Shown: piece after piece, positions 1-12,300 of the stretch
Numbering within the stretch: the stretch's first letter is position 1
How the letters are laid out: each line of letters opens with the position of its first letter
From: Macrostomum lignano
Taxonomy: Eukaryota
NCBI GenBank assembly: GCA_002269645.1
Contig: NIVC01000210.1
Location: forward strand, 25,469-89,468
Length of the DNA: 64,000 nt
Reading direction: 5' to 3'
Program-made: the position numbers and the translations under genes
The notes under the pieces: generated by a model
Database searches by the model: none
What the model was told of the DNA's origin: nothing
What the model saw: the letters and a program-made list of their open reading frames with translations, nothing else

Positions 1-454
1 TTCGGATAGCAACCGATATATTGAATACAGATTAAGCAGTAACGAGGCAAAGATTACTAAAGTAGCGCTCGAAATTTATGGAAATGTTTTGAAGGCCACT
101 TTTCGTCAAAAAATACACTAGTTTTCATTTTTCAATCGGGCATTAAAATCTCTTAACTTCTCTGAAAATGAAAACTTCCTATCTCCGTAGTGTATTTTTC
201 GGCGAAAAGTGGCCTTCAAAACTTTTTCCATGAAACATGAGTGTTGCGTCCTGTGTATAGGTTGCTTTAGTTGTCCTTGTTACGAGGCTCCAGAGCGAGG
301 GTGAGGAAATTATAATTTCCCCCAACATAAGGAAACTTAAAAATTTTGGAATTTAACATAAATGTACAAAATAAATACTACTTCAACGCGCATGGTAAGT
401 AGTACGGTATACTGTACGTAATTTGATAAAATTTTAATAACGCCTCACTATTTA

Positions 455-1232
455 TCAGTATCGTATCGACAGTATCGACAGTATCGACAGTACCGACAGT
501 ATGGACAGTACCGACAGTATCGACAGTACCGACAGTACCGACAGTACCGACAGTACCGACAGTACCGACAGTATCGACAGTACCGACAGTACCGACAGTA
601 CCGACAGTATCGACAGTACCGACAGTACCGACAGTACCGACAGTATCGACAGTACCGACAGTACCGACAGTACCGACAGTATCGACAGTACCGACAGTAC
701 CGACAGTACCGACAGTATCGACAGTACCGACAGTACCGACAGTATCGACAGTACCGACAGTACCGACAGTACCGACAGTACCGACAGTACCGACAGTACC
801 GACAGTATCGACAGCACCGACAGTATCGACAGTACCGACAGTACCGACAGTATCGACAGTATCGACAGTATCGACAGTACCGACAGTATCGACAGTATCG
901 ACAGTACCGACAGTATCGACAGTACCGACAGTACCGACAGTACCGACAGTATCGACAGTATCGACAGTACCGACAGTACCGACAGTATCGACAGTACCGA
1001 CAGTACCGACAGTACCGACAGTACCGACAGTACCGACAGTATCGACAGTACCGACAGTATCGACAGTACCGACAGTACCGACAGTATCGACAGTATCGAC
1101 AGTACCGACAGTACCGACAGTACCGACAGTATCGACAGTACCGACAGTACCGACAGTATCGACAGTATCGACAGTACCGACAGTACCGACAGTATCGACA
1201 GTATCGACAGTACTGACAGTACCGACAGTATC
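455..1232. repeat. 9-bp tandem satellite (GACAGTAYC)n
   Basis: Directly visible mixed GACAGTACC/GACAGTATC units; explains the low-complexity ORFs at 448-1257, 455-817 and 501-1235. Confidence 0.98.
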
Positions 1233-1362
1233 TAGTAGCTACTTTAATAATACTCATGTTAATACATAAAAATGCCAGGCGACCGCTATTTTAAAAGCTA
1301 AAGCTTTTAAATTACATGTCTGAATTACATGTTCATTTTACACGTTACACGTTTCTGAATTA

Positions 1363-1497
1363 CAGGTTCCAGGACGCCCTTGGAAACCTTAGAGCTCTTG
1401 TAGACATATTTCGCGACAGTAAGATACCATAAAAAAAAAATTCTCGCGAACCAGCTCTACAAGAGCTCGAAGGTTTCCAAGGGCGTCCTGGAACCTG
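1363..1497. repeat. 42-bp inverted repeat with ~50-bp spacer (hairpin/MITE-like)
   Basis: 1363-1404 CAGGTTCCAGGACGCCCTTGGAAACCTTAGAGCTCTTGTAGA is the reverse complement of 1456-1497 with one mismatch. Confidence 0.85.
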
Positions 1498-2713
1498 CAG
1501 TAAGCGTACCATAGTCTTTGTACATTTACTTCTGAATTTCTTTGAATTAGACTCATTCATTGACAGAATCTCAGTCGCCACCTGGAGACTAGACCCAGCA
1601 AATCTATCGGTCTTTCCGTTAGTCTCTCTCTTATTTACCACCAATCAACAAAAGAAGAGCATGATAACGATATACCTATGAAAACGATATCACAACAAAT
1701 GAAGTTTGTTTGAATGTTTCCCTTCCAGCAATCCGAGTTCAAGCGCCTATTCGCCAGTGGACGTCCTTCGTGATGTCATATACGTCGGCGAACTATGGAA
1801 TGTGTCATGGCTAATAAGCTACGAACGCATTCGAACGTAACTAAACGCATCAAGAGAGTGTTCCACAAAATACTCGTATTATTCTAAATAGTTACTGTAG
1901 ACTTTAAAGCAATTTTAAAGATCCTTGGAAGTGAAAAGTCTCAAAACTTCAGTCATAGAATAGACTGATATACTACTCAAAGTAAAAAGTAAACACTGAG
2001 GCTGCTCAGCAGCAGAAAGAGCTCTTTTGTCTATTTGAGTTCAGTTAAAAATCGTAAGCTTAAAGTAAGCTTGTATCCTTAGTGAGCGAAACAACACAAT
2101 TTCTTGAGTTGTCAAGCAGCAATTTATTGTTCTTGTGTCCCTACATAGTGCGCATAAAATCGCAGTAATAACATAACGCTACGGGTCCCTCGGCATGCGA
2201 AACGCGCGGAACATTTACACAAGTGTTTTGCAGCTGCTTCGGGTTGGCTGGCATAGTCGCATAGAAACTGTTTGCTCTGGAACTGCTGGCGACGGCTCAA
2301 ATTTTGGTCCATGAAGATGTTTGCTCTGCGCCCGACTACAGGAGTTTCTGGTGTTACATATGCATGCCTAAATTGGTTTACAGCCCACCCAGACTTTTCT
2401 GGAATTGGCAATCAAGAAAAGCAGAGAAACCATGTTAGCTTTCTTCTGCGGAATTTCCTGACATTCTCGGTCGCCTAAGCGATGCTGAATGTTTTTTGCC
2501 AGGAAATTCATTTTGCAGCTCACTTACAAGAGAACTTTCTAATACTGGCGAACCCTTTGTCGGCGTCTTGAGGCGTTGAAATTTCAACAAACTTGTAATA
2601 ATTTTCTCGCCTTGCAGTCGCTATGGTGATATAAAATTTTTTACACAGAAAGCTGTTTTTTCTTTCTAGAGCTGTATTAACTTTTTATTAGTATTGATTT
2701 TTACGTAGTTTCA

Positions 2714-3410
2714 ACGACAGTATCGACAGTATCGACAGTATCGACAGTATCGACAGTATCGACAGTATCGACAGTATCGACAGTATCGACAGTATCGATA
2801 GTATCGACAGTATCGACAGTATCGACAGTATCGACAGTATCGACAGTATCGACAGTATCGACAGTATCGACAGTATCGACAGTATCGACAGTATCGACAG
2901 TATCGACAGTATCGACAGTATCGACAGTATCGACAGTATCGACAGTATCGACAGTATCGACAGTATCGACAGTATCGACAGTATCGACAGTATCGACAGT
3001 ATCGATAGTATCGACAGTATCGACAGTACCGACAGTATCGACAGTATCGACAGTATCGACAGTATCGACAGTATCGACAGTATCGACAGTATCGACAGTA
3101 TCGACAGTATCGACAGTATCGACAGTATCGACAGTATCGACAGTATCGACAGTATCGACAGTATCGACAGTATCGACAGTATCGATAGTATCGACAGTAT
3201 CGACAATATCGACAGTATCGACAGTATCGATAGTATCGACAGTATCGACAGTATCGACAATACCGACAGTACCGACAGTATCGACAGTATCGACAGTACC
3301 GACAGTACCGACAGTATCGACAGTATCGACAGTACCGACAGTACCGACAGTATCGACAGTATCGACAGTATCGACAGTAACGACAGTACCGCCAGTACCG
3401 ACAGTATAGA
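2714..3410. repeat. 9-bp tandem satellite (GACAGTATC)n, second array
   Basis: Same unit and orientation as 455-1232; mostly ATC variant, with ACC variants near the right end. Confidence 0.98.
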
Positions 3411-3502
3411 TACTCAACAGTAGATACTCAACAGTATTATAGTTTTAGTTCATTAGTCAGAGTACTTCAATTCAGTGTGCAAGTCGATGCAGTGGAAGTC
3501 CT

Positions 3503-4393
3503 CTACCGGACCAGAATCGCCAGGTAGTCGGCAACCCGACCGTGATCTTTCCACGTAGCGTTGATACCCAAATTGTAGAGGATCGTTGGAAAAGTAGTAA
3601 AATTAAAAAACGTGCACCAATCGCTGGGGGTGTCAATGATCACCATGGAGCCAGTATCCGTCGGGCATAGCTGGGAAAATATGTTTATGAAAAAACGTCG
3701 CCTAACCAGGGAGCCAGACACGGAACCTTCGAGGCTGAATTCGTTGAACTTTTCGTTTTTCAGATTCGTTATGGGGGCCGTCTCGATAAGTCTCTGACGG
3801 GTGAACCAACTGGTCTGGTTCACTCGCTCAGCAGCGGTTCCAACATCGAACACCCATCGCATCACAACAGATGAGTTTCTGTAGACCTGCACAATGAACT
3901 GCTTGTAGACTAGGCTAGAAATCAATCGCTGCATGTCATTGAGCAGACTCGACCTGAATGCGGCGGGCAGGGTTGCAGCCTCCGGGTGAGCCGGCTGGAT
4001 CACGTAGTCGAATTCGGCAGCAACAGAATTGAACAGCTCCCAGGCTTTTTGACCGCTGCCGCTCTTGATGCTGAAGACGACGTGCTCAAGAGCGATGCGG
4101 CTAAGAGGCATTTTCAGAGTGTAGCTGCAGCTGCTTGAGCAGAGCTTGTATCGAGGGCACAGTGACGCAATCAACTGACACGACTTTCCGGAGTTCTCGA
4201 AAACTATGGCTGAAGGGTCGGTGGACATGGCAGCCGCGATTGAGCATTGCAGTTTGTCTCTGGTGACCAAGGTGGCAGTCACTGAGCAGTTCGGGTACAA
4301 GGCGTACTGCTTAAACTCAACTCTCTTAGTTGGACACGTCAGCAAAGTTGCGGCTGCACTCTGTGCCAACAGAAGCAATACAAGCAGAATCAT
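3503..4393 (-). CDS. Secreted protein, paralog 1 (signal peptide, Cys-rich possibly PAN/apple-like N-terminus, uncharacterised C-terminal domain), single exon, 296 aa
   Basis: Hydrophobic N-terminus MILLVLLLLAQSAAA; aligns over its full length with 4930-5841 and 10324-11235 (shared CPRY.LC, EH.V.S.K.G.G, AFRS.LL.DMQRLIS.L, WF..RL, RRFF.N...C..D.G.M). Confidence 0.8.
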   Translation of the reverse strand: MILLVLLLLAQSAAATLLTCPTKRVEFKQYALYPNCSVTATLVTRDKLQCSIAAAMSTDPSAIVFENSGKSCQLIASLCPRYKLCSSSCSYTLKMPLSRIALEHVVFSIKSGSGQKAWELFNSVAAEFDYVIQPAHPEAATLPAAFRSSLLNDMQRLISSLVYKQFIVQVYRNSSVVMRWVFDVGTAAERVNQTSWFTRQRLIETAPITNLKNEKFNEFSLEGSVSGSLVRRRFFINIFSQLCPTDTGSMVIIDTPSDWCTFFNFTTFPTILYNLGINATWKDHGRVADYLAILVR

Positions 4394-4929
4394 GGTGTCT
4401 TGAAGAGCCTTGAACTTAACTTGAGAAATTTTTCAATAGCTTGGCTTCGTTGCTGTGAATTGATTTCTGAGAGCGAGATAGCTTAAATATTTCTATCCAT
4501 AGCCAATCAGATGCCAGAGTCGACAGCCCAGACTTCATGCTAATCAATGGCCAATTCGCCATCTAAGTCAAGGACTTTTACTGCATAGGTAATTTTTCCC
4601 CCGCTCAATATTTTATCTTGGATTACTCAAAATCCTGAAAAATCCTTTCGCTCTACTTTAGTAGGCACAAGTGGGTATGTTGAAAGTAATTACGAAAGAA
4701 TGCGATATTTTGGACTCAGCTTCTCTACGGAGCATGAGACGACGTCTTCCAATAACATGACTAAGTTAGGCTTAGCCAATACGGAGAAGGTAAAGGGAGT
4801 AAATATACTTGGAGAACATCGTAAAAGGCTTTTTAATCCACATACACTGCCGAACAACCGATCGACCAAGCTTAAGGGATCAAAGATAATTTTCAAACAA
4901 GTTTTTATACAGACCATTAAACTAAAACT

Positions 4930-5841
4930 ATGAATAACTTTCTCCCACTAATTGTACTGCTCTATAACGTCATCTTCAATTTTCATTTTGCAACATTAAC
5001 TGCCTGTAGCTCTAAAAGGCTTCAGTACAGAAAGTATGGCTTCCTGCCCAACTGCTCCGAGTCCCTCACGCTGAGCACCGGACGCGCTCACGATTGCGTT
5101 ATGGCTGCAGCTTTGTCACCCGCCCTGTCTGCTGCGATCGTGTCTACTTCCGAGGCCGAATGTCACGTGACCACCGCCCAGTGTCCTCGCTACCTGTTGT
5201 GTTCCACTGACTGTCCCTACACCGTGCTCATTCCTGCCAGTGTGCTTAACAGCTTCGAGCACATCGTGATGAGCGTGAAGGGCGGCTGCGGTTTCAAAGT
5301 GTGGAACGTGCTGACTGGGTCGGCACTGCGCCCTGACCCTGCCGTTCAGCCAGCTCACCAAGACGCCGCCGACCTACCGGACGCCTTCCGCTCGAACGTT
5401 CTCGACGACATGCAGCGCCTGATCTCCGGCCTGACCTTCAAGCAGCTCATCGTGCAGCTGTACAAGAACTCCGCTGTGGTTGTGAGGCTCGTGTTTGAAG
5501 TCGGGACGAACTCCTCCAGTGTCAACCTGATGAACTGGTTCAGCAAGGAGCGTCTCGTACAGAGCTGGCCGGTGACCAACCTCGCCAACATGAGCACGAA
5601 CTTCTTCAGCATCAAAGGAGAAAATAGAGGCTTGTTTCAGAGACGCTTTTTTGTCAACTTTAACTATGGTGGCTGCAATAATGACCGCGGGCTCATGGCA
5701 GTCTTGGATTCCAACGATGACGATTGCGCAGCATACCAATACTCACAGCCGATTCCTCGAATCGTGTTTAGTTCGGATCCCAGTCGCACAATGGCGACGA
5801 CAATTCAGGATGCCGAACATTTTGCCATTTTGGCGCGCTAA
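4930..5841 (+). CDS. Secreted protein, paralog 2, single exon, 303 aa
   Basis: Signal-peptide-like start, GC-rich coding body, full-length similarity to paralogs 1 and 3; head-to-head with paralog 1. Confidence 0.85.
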   Translation: MNNFLPLIVLLYNVIFNFHFATLTACSSKRLQYRKYGFLPNCSESLTLSTGRAHDCVMAAALSPALSAAIVSTSEAECHVTTAQCPRYLLCSTDCPYTVLIPASVLNSFEHIVMSVKGGCGFKVWNVLTGSALRPDPAVQPAHQDAADLPDAFRSNVLDDMQRLISGLTFKQLIVQLYKNSAVVVRLVFEVGTNSSSVNLMNWFSKERLVQSWPVTNLANMSTNFFSIKGENRGLFQRRFFVNFNYGGCNNDRGLMAVLDSNDDDCAAYQYSQPIPRIVFSSDPSRTMATTIQDAEHFAILAR

Positions 5842-6039
5842 AGTTGAAAAATTATTAGACTACATATAACCAACGTTGGGATCAATGATACATATTTTTG
5901 CATATTACCATTTGTTTGCACGACATTAATTGTCTAATGGTTTACTCGTAGATATTTTTCGTTATCGAGTTTTGCTATCTTTCAGTGTCATAATTATATA
6001 ATAGTTAATTAATCTTATTAATCTTTATTGATAGTAAAT

Positions 6040-6332
6040 AAAAATTGATTACACCTGCCCTAATGGGCAGATGCGTAACCGACAGCTCAGCCGCTGCTAT
6101 TGCCTGGCGCATTTGAAGGCTGCGTACGGCTGTTCAGTCCAAGGAACGAGGGGTCACCATGCACACACACCCTCAATTACCCCAGCTACATGAAAGGATG
6201 GCACCAAATTTACAGATGGGTGAGCTGAAGCAATTGCTCAACGACACAAACTGTTTCAAGGGGGTCGAGAATCGAACCCCCAACCTTTCAAACCTGAGTC
6301 CGACATTCTTACCACTCAGATACACGAGCCTC
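6040..6332 (-). mobile_element. tRNA-derived SINE family 1 (CORE/MIR-like centre), copy 1
   Basis: Minus strand has A-box-like TGAGTGG and B-box GGTTCGATTC; body shared with copies at 15976, 37978 and 56872; A/T-rich tail. Confidence 0.75.
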
Positions 6333-7329
6333 ACAACCAAAATCCCCAAGATATTGGGTAACTTTTAAAAATGCTGCATTGAACTATTATTGAAAAGGTA
6401 TCCTTTTTAATGCTGTAGGTAGTAAGCCTATACATAATTTGTCAATAAAGTCAAGCGTAATGCATGACTAGTTTGTTGAGCTGCTAATTTTTGTGTCAAA
6501 TAAAGTAAAAATTGATAGACTAATAAACCGACTCAATTCATTTACATCTTGTCAAGTGCGATTTTTTGTTTGGCTTTTGAAATGGAAGTCTTCTTTAACG
6601 ATCAATGCAGAATTTTAGTCAAACACAAAGGAAATTTCTCTGTATCTTAAATAGGAACACAAATTGCCGGAAGCAGTGAGATGCATAGACATGTTATGAT
6701 AAAATTTGATTGACATTGATAAGCCGACATTCACTGTGTCGTGAATAGGGTCATTGAGCGAGAACCGGCGACCACTTTTAGCAGCAATAAAACACGCTTT
6801 TAGTTTTAACTAAGTGTTGCATTTGACTACATGAGCCCAGCTTTGTCAGCCTTTGCCTAAAAGCATTGTAAAACGCATTTATGTATTTACGTTGTTGCAT
6901 GAAAGCTCCTAACACGTCTGTATCTACTCTGGTTTAGAGTCAAATGTCTCTGAGATGCAAAGCAAATACTCTATATTAAGCAGTTCACACCTAATGGCTG
7001 GCACGACACCGCCAGTGGTGTTCGCATATAATTTTGATGGTATTCACAGACACAAGAATTCTAGATAACTCACTAGTATGGTTCGGAGTTGGTAATTCTG
7101 TTAAACTACTTCTAAATAGCTCGTAAGTAGTGTAATGCGACAATTATGCGTTATTTACGAAAAATTGCTTTTGAAAATCTGCTTGGATATAAATAAAATT
7201 TATCTTCTTCAAAGCTGACAAACGTCTTATTTATCCAGTTTATTATCTGTGCGCTATTTTTGACTTGGGATGCCTCCGCTTTCCCGTCATATAAGTAAAA
7301 GTAAGTCTTGAGTAAAAATTATCTTCGAA

Positions 7330-8501
7330 CACCAAGCACCAAGCACCAAGGGGCTTTAGCACCAAGGGGCTTTAGCACCAAGAGGCTTTAGCACCAAGGG
7401 GCTTTAGCACCAAGGGGCTTTAGCACCAAGAGGCTTTAGCACCAAGGGGCTTTAGCACCAAGGGGCTTTAGCACCAAGAGGCTTTAGCACCAAGGGGCTT
7501 TAGCACCAAGGGGCTTTAGCACCAAGGGGCTTTAGCACCAAGGGGCTTTAGCACCAAGGGGCTTTAGCACCAAGGGGCTTTAGCACCAAGGGGCTTTAGC
7601 ACCAAGGGGCTTTAGCACCAAGGGGCTTTAGCACCAAGAGGCTTTAGCACCAAGGGGCTTTAGCACCAAGGGGCTTTAGCACCAAGGGGCTTTAGCACCA
7701 AGGGGCTTTAGCACCAAGGGGCTTTAGCACCAAGGGGCTTTAGCACCAAGGGGCTTTAGCACCAAGGGGCTTTAGCACCAAGGGGCTTTAGCACCAAGGG
7801 GCTTTAGCACCAAGGGGCTTTAGCACCAAGGGGCTTTAGCACCAAGGGGCTTTAGCACCAAGGGGCTTTAGCACCAAGGGGCTTTAGCACCAAGGGGCTT
7901 TAGCACCAAGGGGCTTTAGCACCAAGGGGCTTTAGCACCAAGGGGCTTTAGCACCAAGGGGCTTTAGCACCAAGGGGCTTTAGCACCAAGGGGCTTTAGC
8001 ACCAAGGGGCTTTAGCACCAAGGGGCTTTAGCACCAAGGGGCTTTAGCACCAAGGGGCTTTAGCACCAAGGGGCTTTAGCACCAAGGGGCTTTAGCACCA
8101 AGGGGCTTTAGCACCAAGGGGCTTTAGCACCAAGGGGCTTTAGCACCAAGGGGCTTTAGCACCAAGGGGCTTTAGCACCAAGGGGCTTTAGCACCAAGGG
8201 GCTTTAGCACCAAGGGGCTTTAGCACCAAGGGGCTTTAGCACCAAGGGGCTTTAGCACCAAGGGGCTTTAGCACCAAGGGGCTTTAGCACCAAGGGGCTT
8301 TAGCACCAAGGGGCTTTAGCACCAAGGGGCTTTAGCACCAAGGGGCTTTAGCACCAAGGGGCTTTAGCACCAAGGGGCTTTAGCACCAAGGGGCTTGAGC
8401 ACCAAGGGGCTTTAGCACCAAGGGGCTTTAGCACCAAGGGGCTTTAGCACCAAGGGGCTTTAGCACCAAGGGGCTTTAGCACCAAGGGGCTTTAGCACCA
8501 A
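7330..8501. repeat. 16-bp minisatellite (TTTAGCACCAAGGGGC)n, about 70 copies
   Basis: Directly visible and nearly homogeneous, with occasional AAGAGG variants. Confidence 0.98.
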
Positions 8502-10323
8502 AAGTCCAAGCTCTGACTCATATCTACTATCAGTTCCCTTTTATATTTCCCTATTAGACAAAAGGGCAAAAGAAGATTCTCAGAATATTTGTTTGGATAG
8601 CCAATTCATCTGGATCCCATTTAGCTCCACTCTGCCACAAGTATTCCATGAGTTTATATGCTATCGTGATATGATTCCGCTATCTTCCGAACGGAAAGTT
8701 GCAAAAGTCAAAATTCCATGTCACCTACATGTAGCTCTTCCTGCCATTCACAAATCCAATTCGAGGATAGCATGGAGGATTCGAGGATAAAGCTGGACAG
8801 TCAGAAAAAATCATGCAGTTTAGATGGAATTTCTACATCTACCTCATAAATTGTATGCATTGAGAAGTCCCTTATTTAATTAAATTCTGTCAGCCATCGC
8901 AAATATGTAACAATTGTTTCCAGATTCATTTGCCAGCCCGAAAGATTATTCGGCTCAGGTATAACATTGATTTTTTCAGAGCGGGGCAGTAGTGCTTGCG
9001 CTGGTCTCTTTCCTGTATTTTCTTTTCCGCTCTCCTCATGGGCGCGCTGGATTAAGCGAGAACCGCAGCACGAAAGAAGATCTCTAACATTTTTGGTAGC
9101 TACAGCTACCAAATCCTCAGTGGCCACCCTTTGTATAACAAAGGAATGTGGAGGGCAGGTGGGTTAAGCAAAAAAAGCATTCTTGTTTTCCCACCGTGTG
9201 TCTGGGCTTCAATGCAGCGAAGTCAAGCAGGTCCAACATGTTCAATGAGGAGGTCCAAAGCTTGGATGAAAAAAATCGATATTACTCGGCTCTGCATGAT
9301 ACAATATCGATTTTTTCAGAGCGGGTGGCTGCAGTAGTGTTTGCCCCGATCTCTTTCCGGCCTTATCTTCTCTCTTTTCTCCTCGTGGGTACCCTGGAGA
9401 GAGCGTCTCCAGCATTTTTCAGCAGTTATCCAGACAGCACAGCTTCAGTGTAGTGGATTTTTTACCTTTGTCAGAAGCCAGGTCTTGAGACAAGAATTTG
9501 GCCTCCAGGGTCTTCAGGTGCATACGCGTAGAATATTTTGAGTTTCTATAGAAGCCTTCTAATTTCAGCAAAGTTACTGTAAATTTAAAGTGCCATGAAA
9601 TTTATTTATTAGCTACCTTGTACAGTTGATTCAATGTAGTTAATTCGGCATTTTAATTTCGACTTGGGACAGAACTTTTGCATGCACTGGAGCTCCTTCG
9701 GGCAACTGGCACTTGGAGTTCTACGAGCTAATTAGACTCGTGCTGTTTATAATATAAATTTACTGAGACAGCTAGGAACATTTTTATGATACCTTATTTT
9801 TTAGGACGGACAGGACCATGTGCTGATGTTGAATTACGTTGGGCAGCATAAGAGATAAAATACTTCTAATCCTTCTTTAGGAACAATGAACATGGAATTA
9901 ATCGGATTATGGTGGCAGGGGAAAATTCTCTTAAGTATTATGTTGGAAGATATTCGAGCTCATTCGAAACCCGCATACTACCGATATCTGTAGTAATAAC
10001 GAATATAGAATCCACGCAATTACGAAGGAAGCGAATTATTCCCCATTATGCTTACCACTTGTCTACCCAATCAAGTAACCCGAATTGAAGCAGGAGTTGA
10101 TGAGCAGGTTGCAGCAGCCGGAGGCTTTTTGTTAGATTTCCTCATTCGCTGCGTCAATCTTCGCCAATGAATGCCAAGGCATCACAGGAGAGTCTACTGA
10201 TACAGATAAATACCAAAGTCCACAGTAAGCTACAACATCCCGCGTTTTCGCTCCCACAGCGGCAAAAAGAACGATTTCTGCATGTAAAGCTTTGCTGTTT
10301 TGCTTATCTATTCAGAAATAAAA

Positions 10324-11235
10324 ATGGGAACTCTACGTCTCATAACGCTAGTATTATATGCGATCGTGAGTACATTCTCTTCGAAAGTGATTGCTGATTG
10401 CACCCATAAGCAATTGCAGTACAAGCGACACGCATTTCGTCCGAACTGCTCTGACCTGATGACGCTGAGCACAGGAAGTGCTCAAGATTGCGTTATGGCT
10501 GCAGCTGTGTCTCCCGTCCAGTCTGCCGCGGTCGTGTCTACTTCCGAAGCCGAATGTCACGTGACCACCGCCCAGTGTCCTCGCTACCTGCTATGCTCCA
10601 CCGACTGTCCCTACACTGTGCTCATGCCTGCCAGTGTACTCAACAGCCTCGAGCACATCGTGATGAGCGTGAAGGGCGGCTGTGGTTACAAGATATGGGA
10701 CGTGCTGACTGGGTCGGCATTGCCACCTGACCCTGTTGTCCAGCTGGCCCCTCCCAGCGCAGCTGCCCTGCCGAACGTCTTCCGCTCGAGCGTGCTGGAC
10801 GACATGCAGCGCCTGATCTCCGGTCTGACCTTCAAGCATCTCATCGTGCAGCTGTACAAGAGCTCCACCGTGGTTGTGAGGCTTGTGTTCGATGTCCGGA
10901 CGAACTCCGCCAGTGTCAACCTGACGAACTGGTTCAGAAAGGAGCGTCTCGTACAGAACTTGCCGGTCACCAACCTCGCCAACATAAGCACGAACTTCTT
11001 CAGCATCGAGGGCGCCACTGACTATACAAACTTGAGAAGATTTTTCATTAACTATAGCTACGGCGGATGCGACATTGACAAAGGGTTTATGGCTATTCTA
11101 GATTCGAAAAATGATGTTTGCTCCATGTACCAGTTTTCAGAGCCGATTCCTCGCATTGTCTTCAGTTCAGATCCGACAAAGTCGATGGCCTCAACACTTC
11201 AAATTGCCGACTACATGGCTATTCTAGTGCGCTAG
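10324..11235 (+). CDS. Secreted protein, paralog 3, single exon, 303 aa from ATG 10324
   Basis: The ORF track starts at TTG 10300; ATG 10324 gives MGTLRLITLVLYAIVSTFS (signal-like) and the same length as paralog 2; centre nearly identical to paralog 2. Confidence 0.85.
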   Translation: MGTLRLITLVLYAIVSTFSSKVIADCTHKQLQYKRHAFRPNCSDLMTLSTGSAQDCVMAAAVSPVQSAAVVSTSEAECHVTTAQCPRYLLCSTDCPYTVLMPASVLNSLEHIVMSVKGGCGYKIWDVLTGSALPPDPVVQLAPPSAAALPNVFRSSVLDDMQRLISGLTFKHLIVQLYKSSTVVVRLVFDVRTNSASVNLTNWFRKERLVQNLPVTNLANISTNFFSIEGATDYTNLRRFFINYSYGGCDIDKGFMAILDSKNDVCSMYQFSEPIPRIVFSSDPTKSMASTLQIADYMAILVR

Positions 11236-12224
11236 TTTGATCTGTGCGTTCAGAATTGGTCACAATGCTGCTTTGACGGGCGAGTTATTGACACAAGTGA
11301 TGTCGTCGGTGATCACTATGTGGCACTACTGAAAACTTTTTACTAAACCTCAAAGCTAACGTAATTTTCATTTTTGTTGCTGTTAAAGGTCAAAAAGTCT
11401 AATTTGGGTGTCAAATTTCTTGTCTCGTATCTATAGTCAAGTATTTTATATAGATTTCTATACTTCTATCATTTTGTATCTCAAACTTGTTTATTGGGGG
11501 ATATTAATCGCACGAACACCCCCGGCCCTACCGCGTTGGGAAACACACTAGGGGTCTTGTCGCGAGAGTTATAAGCTTAGGAGAAAAAAGCTGTGTTTCC
11601 AACAAAGAACTAATTTTTGCGTTTTTTGAACAGATCTGTTGTAAGCCGTTTCTATTTTTGTTTATTAGCTACTGAGAACGATCACATGTAACGTTATATT
11701 CGTCCATTGTTAATAAATTTTCTCTGCATTATATTCAGTGACAGCAATTTTAAAGAAGTCCCTTAAAGTAGCTAGCTTTCCTCTTCAAATACACTTATTG
11801 CCTCCCTTTGAGCTCTTTGCAAACAGAAAAGTAACGACTCTAAACTTTTTAAATTCACACCTTTTCAAGGCTTTGTATTGGAGCTCCTTAAAAAAAGAAA
11901 GTAAAGAGGTGCCTCAAACTTATGATTGGCACATAACTTTAAAATTAGCTAAACCTTTTTCACCTGTAAGAAATTCGTCAAAGAATGAGCAGCCATTTAG
12001 CACATATGGATTTAATTGCAATTTGCATCAGCAGATGCTGCAACTTAACAAGAAGATTCAGAATTGAAATCTGAAGTGCTACAAAAATTCTCATTGCAAT
12101 TCTACCAGCTGCATAACTCTCATATTCGTATCTGCAATGTTATGATAGTTGCCTATTCTCACTACGTATTGACGAAGAAAAATATTCTAAGCAAAATTAC
12201 AGGTGTATATACAATGCCTGTTTG

Positions 12225-12231
12225 TCTGCCC

Positions 12232-12299
<68 letters not shown>

Positions 12300-12300
12300 G
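12225..12300. repeat. (TCTG)n microsatellite
   Basis: Directly visible; explains the CLSV-repeat ORFs. Confidence 0.97.

Noticed and set aside
2124-2620. Short ORFs between the two 9-bp arrays
   Set aside because: No recognisable motif, stops in all frames, no consistent splice pattern.
448-3417. Long low-complexity ORFs (YCR, DST, SIL and VDT repeats)
   Set aside because: They are translations of the 9-bp satellite; open in several frames and on both strands because the unit length is a multiple of 3.
7330-8501. 16-bp satellite as a second tRNA-head-derived array (GGGGCTTTAGC...)
   Set aside because: The A-box fit has two mismatches and there is no matching SINE head in the window.
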